NCBI GenBank assembly: GCA_964016885.1
Contig: OZ024752.1
Coordinates: 1,054,001-1,118,000, forward strand
Direction of reading: 5' to 3'
Origin: Eledone cirrhosa
Taxonomy: Eukaryota
DNA length: 64,000 nt
Below the pieces are notes generated by a model. That model did not search any database and was not told the origin of the DNA. It saw only the letters and a program-made list of their open reading frames with translations. Positions 55,880-64,000 of this stretch are shown here, one piece after another; the stretch's first letter is position 1; each line of letters opens with the position of its first letter. The position numbers and the translations under genes are program-made.

Positions 55880-56730
55880 GAAATATTTGAAAAAGGTGAC
55901 AACGTTAGGCTAGGAAAAACAATTCGTAGTTGCTGGACTTCAGTCGTTAATCTTCTTCGAAATGGTTTCTTTGTGCTTCTAAACCTCTTAGCCCAGTGTC
56001 ACTTCCAATGTTCGAATCCCATCTGGAATACTTCTGTCGAAATGGTTTTCACCTCCAACATCGCATTTCACATGATAACATCTTAGCTCACAAAACGGAA
56101 GTCTTTCAGAGGGGTATGCTAATTTTTTGGAACAACAAGAAGTCAGGAGGAATCATGTCTGGAATATATCGATCCAGGCAAATAAGAAAATACCTTTCGT
56201 TTTCAAGAAACCATAGGTCATCTATGAGGAAGGATCCAAGGCTCTCTCATGATGCAGAGGCCAGTTGTGTGAGGCTAACAGATCCAGTTTCTACAGCCGA
56301 AATGTATCGCCAATACATCAGAGACGTCTTCAAAGTACACCATTGTAACTGTTTATTTGCAGCGTATTCGTAATGCACAAGGTATTGCTAGTCGAGTAAA
56401 CTTGCATCACCTTGATTTTGTTTTGCACTTTGCATATTTTGGAGGCTTTGGCGACTTTCGATGTTTCCACTGTGCTGATTGAGCTTTGATTACTGGTTCT
56501 TGCCCATTAACCCATGTCTCATGAGTCCTAGTTGTTAAAATTAGGCGAAATAAAAATGCAACTAATAAATAGTATAGCACTTTAGACGCTCAATGAAACA
56601 TCCATCGTGTTCGCCAAAAAAATACATATGCACGTGAATTTATGCGGCTGAAATTTGCACATTTTCCCTAACATCATTACTTCCCACGGAAAAAAATAAA
56701 GTCGGATACTTTTTCAACAAACCGCGTTAT
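55880..56730 (-). mobile_element. Decayed mariner transposon
   Basis: Minus-strand remnants resembling GDETW (~56512-56530), YSPD(M)xPxDFxLF (~56128-56168) and terminal FEED* (~55948). TIR-like end GTCGGATACTTTTTCAACAAACCGCGTTA. Confidence 0.6.
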
Positions 56731-58373
56731 CTCAAGGAGAACGTTTCACGGTTTCTCTGTACTCTTGAGGTGAGAAACTATCGTTGTTACACACTGATTT
56801 ATTCGGGATGGTATTATTGTCATATAGTCACACGGTTTCGACCATTGCACCCTCTGGTCTTCTACTGTCTTTCATATTTGGTGATATTCTTGGAATTTCG
56901 AACATAATCTTTCATTCATTTCGTGAATGTTACCAGATTACTACAGGAGGGCATAATGACCGAGACACTGTGATAGTAACAACCAAGATGAGGACTCTAA
57001 TCCGAATATATCAGTGTATAAAAAGTTATCTTTATTCCTCTGTTTCCTTTTTTGCTTGAAATTATTTTGCTAATACAAATACTAAGTTTTTATTAAATCA
57101 TTCAGACCATTACACAACTATTCATTATTTGAAACATTGGAACACTTCCAGCTTGAAAAGAATGTGTTTATCTTCCGCATCAGTTGCAAGCTGTTATCTC
57201 TTCCTAATTAAGGAATAAAACCAATATTTTCTATGAAAGTTGAAGCAATGTGTCTGCAGCAACCAGTCCTTGAGATAAGACCAGACCAGTATATTATCAA
57301 TATCTCCATAAAATGAAATTAATTTACGACTCAATTGTTTATTTAGAATTTAATGATCGAATACATTTAATGGCGCAATATTCTTACGGACCACGGTTCT
57401 GATAAGTATTTCGCCTATAATCATCATTGTGAAATAATAGGTCTCATGTCCAATAACCACTTAAAAGAATTTACACAAAATCACAACGTTGATATAGATT
57501 CTATATTACAGTTAATTGCTCAACACGAGAGGATTATTTGAAGATTTAACAATTGACACGGCTTTTATGTTATTCTAAAAACTGAACAGGCCAAAAGACA
57601 TAAAACAAGATATAAAATATCTCAACTACAAATTTATACATTTTATCTAAAATATATCTAATCGAAACCATGTAATTATATTCAGATGACACTTGGCGTC
57701 CATTACGTATCGTTTCTCTATATTTCTGTTTCTTTATGTTCTGAACGTTTGACATCAGCACCAGCAGTCTGTATTAGGGAATACAATCTAATTTCATATG
57801 TATGTACATCCCGGATATAGTATCTGAATGATATGTCAGTTTTACGCATGAAAACTAAATGCTGCTACTATTGCTCGTGAAGATGAAAATCACGTTGTTG
57901 AATATAAAAATTGTTTTAATATACATAAAATTACTAATAAATAATAAATATTGTTAGCAAAACTAATATCAACAATGGCAAAGTTTACTATTCCTATAGC
58001 TACGTCTACTATTATATTAATATTCTGTTTTAGTATCAATAGATTTTCGACTTGATATGTCAGGTTGCAATTGAGTTACACGCTATCCTAGTATGATTGC
58101 AATAAAGAAGTGTAACGTTAGTTTTAAATACACTATCAATCATTCTAGAGGATTATAATTGAGGATGGGTAGAAGAATATAAAACAAAATATAATCATTA
58201 GATTCTGATGCTTCCTAACATTTTAGGGTCAAAGATTCTGCTGATTTCTGTATCCACGTAAAGAATCATTAATCTTATGACTGAATATGATCGATGCCCA
58301 ATCGACGCCCATTGCAGCAAATACGTAAACGTTCATCTAAACAATGATACAAGAATTAGATTCTAATGTTAGT

Positions 58374-58527
<154 letters not shown>

Positions 58528-59864
58528 GAGAGGATCGTGGGAGCAGAGTCCTGAAACATTTCTTCACGCGGGTCCTGACAGAAACAACGATTACCATTTT
58601 ATTCGGCTTAATCCCCAGCCAAGCTCATAGATGTCATCCAACCATATTGTTTGGGGTTTACTCTTGGGTTTCTAGCCGGTTGGGTGTGCGCGTAAAATCT
58701 GTCCACTGATTCATTCCTGAGACATTCTAACCACATGTTCTTAATATCGCAGCTGTGATCTCTCAATTCGGAGAAGTAGCGGCTTACTTGGAGCGACTCG
58801 CTGATCCCCGAGCTATGTAGTCTATCGAGTATCATTACTCCCCCAAACCTTCGGAGGAACACCATTTCGGCCGCTTATATTTGCGATCGTATCCGTTCAG
58901 TTATTAACCCCCACATAAAAATATGGAAGAAGGGGAGAATTTGGTAGAGAAAAGGAAGGACTAGGAAAGTAAAAGGATACGTAGGAAGAATTCCAGAGAA
59001 GGAGAAAGACGGAGCAGAAGAAAATAGTAGAGCTAATATATCACCGTTAATGTCCTATTTCTAATTTAATGTTAAATGTGAACAGTCTGTCCTTTAAGAG
59101 TTCAGAACCATCTAGTCATTGTGGGGAAATATAACACTATATATTCATCCACCAAATACATCTTTGAAATAATCTCTTTCACATCACATCCTACCATTTT
59201 AAACAGAAAATGTCATTAGATAATTTAGTCATGGCTGGAATGTATTTCCTCATTATATAGGTCTGCTCGATACGATTTAACTCGAGACAACAATAACTCA
59301 AAAGGTGAATTTATAAAATGTGGCTTCTCTCAAATATTATCTATTAATTGACTCATGATTTGCCCTCATTCATTTGAAGATAACTAAATTGGGAGACCCA
59401 TATACTTTATGTTGCATCATCAGACCTGTCAACTCTCCCCACCCGACGGGGAGATCTCCCACCCACTTTGGGGTGAGTAAAAGATGTCTTCTCCTGTGAA
59501 ATGGGTATAGCTTCCATTATGTAAAATCTCCCCATCTTGCCTCATTTCTCCCTGTTTTGGAGCACTTTTTTTTATGGTAGTCCTCGTTTGGGTTTTTAGA
59601 GGTTGGCAGGTTTGCATCATATACTTTTTCCTGACTTCAATGTTAACTATTAAATAATGATCAATATATAGAAACCCTGGAGTTATATGCATGTGGTTAG
59701 ATGCATGCATAGTCTCATTACACCCGAGGGAGACGGTGCGGCGGCGTATTGACATACAGAATTTTGGATGCATTTTTCAACCTGGCCGAGCCCATCCCTC
59801 TCCAGGTCGGAATCCAGAGAAGGATAGAGAGTGATAGGATGGAAGTGAGAAAAGAGATATAGAC

Positions 59865-60004
59865 CGGTACTTTTTTTAATCGATCCCAGAAGGATGAAAG
59901 GAAAAGTTGACCTCGATGGGATTTGAACTTAGAGAGCAGAGAGCCAAAACAAATACCACAAAGCACTCTAGCCGATCTTCTAAAGACTCTATCAATTCAC
60001 CGCC
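59865..60004 (-). mobile_element. Meta-domain SINE, diverged
   Basis: GGTACTTTTTTTAATCGATCCCAGAAGGATGAAAGG...GGATTTGAACT. Confidence 0.75.
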
Positions 60005-61470
60005 TATGTGGTTATATATAGCACCGTAAATTATACAAACTGTTAATCAAAACAAATTCTCTATATATCTCAACTATATCATTCTATTATATTAGTTTTA
60101 AAATTGAATATATGTTTCATAATATAAATGTCCAGTTCATCCAAAATTCTTGTTTGATGAAAGTGTTAGTGAAATCAGAACACGTTATACTACATACTTT
60201 ACATGGCATACTGATCAGGGAGTATATTGGAGTTTCTATCTACTCTATTAAAAAATAGCAGATATTTCTCCTTCGAAGTCTCCTCTATTGTTTTAACAAA
60301 AAATGTAACGTTATCTGTGATAATCCTAAATACAGCAATTCTGACGAATTCTCACGGTTAGAATGCTTTCGATCATAGTTCTACAACTACATGGTTTGCT
60401 TTTACTTAGAGTTCCCCACTAATAAAAAAATCAACAACAAAAAAAGACTATATATTTGAATGCAGAGAGACCAAATACAAGATAGGAAAATAATTCTAAT
60501 TCGGAAATGGTGAACAATCAAATATAGGAAAATAACCTAATATATTAATGTATGCAACCTTTAGATGTTAATAACACATTAAAAATCGAAGCAAATCTAT
60601 TGGTAGTAATGTCAAGGGACTAAAACAATAGTGATTTCTAATAATAAAACGACTGAATTTTTTCAACCCCTTCCTTCCCCTAAATCTATTATGTTAGTCT
60701 AATTCATTTTATATTGAATTATGTAAATCTGATTTTGTGTTGAGATATATTTTAGTGTTGGAGTAGAGTATGACACGATGTAGATTAGATGAAAATAATA
60801 AAGCTATGGATAATAGCATAATGACAGTAAGTGTACAATGCATGAGTTCTAAATTAAGCTCTATTTGATTGAATTTTCCTTTTTACTTCAGATTGATAGC
60901 AACCTTTTCCATTCAACTCATTAATCATTAGATTCTGGTTAAACATAGAAATGAAGAAAAAAATACATCGTAGAAAATAGTTGATGATAAGAGTAGAGTG
61001 AGTAGTAAATAATAGCTATGGTATATTATAACTGGCTTCGTTAATGACCTCGATGGTACATTGATACTTTCATTATCGACTTCACGCAAACACACGCATA
61101 CATAACAGTAGATATTGTAAGACATTGTTAATTGTTTACGTACTGATAGTCATACATTCATACGAACATAGACACACATATACACACATCACACATATAC
61201 CCGTACACACACACCTATAGAAACATACACACACACACACACACACATAGATAGACATATATATGGATATTGATCATTCCATTAATAGAATTTTCATATA
61301 CAATTTAATCTATATTCACATCTTTATAGGGATATAGATAAAGACAAAATAATAAACTGAAACATAAATGTATATAGAAATTCGCGTTGCACATACAGAG
61401 ACCAAACGTGAAACTTTCTGACACCCGTATGTATAATGAAGCCACATATATACATGCATGCATACATACA

Positions 61471-61990
<520 letters not shown>

Positions 61991-62487
61991 TATATGCATG
62001 TATGTATGCATATATGTATGTGTGTGTATGTGTAACAGCACGTATGTATTGCGAAGAAAATGATTTCTTATATAATAAAATATATTTTATCAATTTACAA
62101 TAGCCATAAACAAACTATAATTCTTACTGTCAGCAATAGAAAGATTATGGAGATAATATAATAAAGAATACAGATTACTTTTCTTTATCCTGACCAATGT
62201 TATATTTATACCACATTTTTATTAGTTTTTTTTTATTCGGAAACGTTATAGCGAAGGTTATAACTTGAATGGAGTCGTTTTATGTAATGTGTTCGATTCA
62301 TACAGATTACCAAATTTTAACAGTTTTTAGGGATGGTAAAATAAAACAGTACCAGAGTATTCTCTATTTATTTAATTTAACCGTTCTTCACAATATTTGG
62401 TATTCTACCTACGTTATATATTAAAAGAAACAAGATTGAAATTAAAAAGAAAATATTGGTTATGGTGATGATTATTATTGATTTGAT

Positions 62488-62676
62488 AATAATTGTTTCT
62501 ACTTTTGGCACAAGGCCAGCATTTACCCAGTACATTACTGGTACTTTATTTTATCGACCCCGTAAGGATGAAAGGCAAAGTTGACCTCGGCGGGATTTGA
62601 ACTCAGAATGGAAAGAGCCGTAACTCTATGCGTCAAAGCATGACGTCCGACCCTCTACCGATACTGCCAATCCACC
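62488..62676 (-). mobile_element. Meta-domain SINE with TSD
   Basis: Full length, flanked by ATTGATTTGATAAT. Confidence 0.93.
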
Positions 62677-62714
62677 ATTGATTTGATAATGATAATAATA
62701 ATAATAATAATAAT

Positions 62715-62920
62715 AATGGCTTCTGATTTTGGCAAAAGGCCAGCAATTTACGGGGAGGGGAAAGTCGATAAAATCGACCCCAGTGCATTACTGGTGTTTT
62801 ATTTTATCGACACCGTAAGGATGAAAGGCAAAGTTAACCTCGGCGGAATTTGAACTGGAACGTAATTGTATGCCGCAAAGCATGGTGTCCGATGCTCTAC
62901 CAATACTGCCAATTCACCAC
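62715..62920 (-). mobile_element. Meta-domain SINE (long-tail variant) with (ATT)n tail
   Basis: Full length. The head abuts the tail of the next LINE. Confidence 0.9.
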
Positions 62921-62947
62921 ACTAATAACAATAAGAACAACAACAAT

Positions 62948-64000
62948 GATAATAATAATGGTTTCTTTATTGGCCACAAGGGCTAACATGAAGAAAAACA
63001 TTGTAGACAGCACAAAAAAGAAACAAGTAAAACTTCCCCAGTTGGGGGGGGGGGGGGGCTCTCAGTGTCAATTGTGGAGAAAGCCCACAATAAAGCCACG
63101 GTTGCCTTGACCACTAGGGCAAGCGCTCTCTTCCAGTTTTCCCCCTACGATATAACAGGCACACGCTCAGGGCTAGCCCATTCACATGGGTCATTCTTGT
63201 CTCTCTCACCCACCTTTCAGCAAACTGGCTGGAAGGCAACACTTCCCTCTCAACCCTGATTTTCTTTCTCAGGTGAAACCTGAAAAAGTTAATGAGGGCG
63301 TCACCGAAGAGGAAAGTGCCCGTCTTCAACCCTTTCAGATGCGTCCACCATACGATCTCTTTTGCCACAGCCACCAGGAAGATAAAAACTTCCTGCCCTT
63401 CCTGGTTAAAGGAGGGCGGCAGGTTAATCTTCACGATGGACTCATCTGATAGCCGGATCCGTCCTACACGTGACAGCAGGTGTTCGACATAAACCCACAA
63501 GTCAGTGATGCTCGTACACTGGATGAGTGCATGCAGGATGGTTTCGTCGCCCTGCGCGCATCTCTGACAGGGCCGGCTGACGGCACTTCCATGCCTGTAG
63601 AGTTTATCTCGAACTGGCAAAGCTCCTCGGTAGCACTGCCAGGGATTTTTGGAAGTTGTCCATGGGCCTCATCATGAAAGTTCTCCCGAATAGATTTGCT
63701 AGTTGATTTTCGTCGACGCCCAGACGTCGTCGCTCTTTCCTTCCTCCGACTGGTCGAGGGCTGTAAGCGCCTGAAGACATCCCAGTCTCCAAAAGCTCCC
63801 TATCGGTCTTCGCTTGACCCAGGACTGCAGCTCTGTCAAGGAGAGAAGGAGCTAGGGAAATACGTGTCTAGCAAACGGTGACCACACCTGATTACCGTCG
63901 AGGAAGAGGTGGAGATGCCGTAGCCTGAGCGCATGTCTGCGTATCATCATCCACAGCATGCCCAGTCCTCCACGTAGCGGGTGTTGACAGTAGATGGACC
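62948..64000 (-). mobile_element. Tx1-clade LINE 3' part (related subfamily), runs off window
   Basis: ORF 63114-63620 LPVRDKL...CQRC...ETILHALIQC zinc-finger motif, HPLRGGLGM near the window end, and an (ATT)n tail. Confidence 0.9.

Overview
AT-rich eukaryotic non-coding DNA, probably intronic or intergenic. The density of (TA)n/(CA)n tracts and the SINE type suggest a cephalopod, Octopus-like genome (inference only). No intact host gene is supported, and most of the ORF track is microsatellite artefact. Conventional content: three decayed Tx1/L1-clade LINE copies, roughly 20 copies or fragments of a tRNA-derived Meta-domain SINE, a second tRNA-SINE family, a non-autonomous Helitron and mariner relics. 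Main finding: about a dozen sequence-unrelated non-coding elements sit in or beside (TA)n tracts and carry type I hammerhead ribozyme (HHR) folds. I folded 13 motifs with intact CUGANGA/GAAA/NUH cores by hand, plus several degenerate or half motifs. The elements share a polar architecture: (TA)n - inverted copy of an internal segment - HHR-bearing body - unique 3' tail - (TA)n. Some instead, or also, have ~440-515 bp direct-repeat monomers. This looks like a diverse population of (TA)n-targeting Penelope-like/retrozyme-type elements. Second finding: the SINE shares its 3' end and ATTAT target with the Tx1 LINE. All folds and alignments were done by eye, so boundaries may be off by a few bases.
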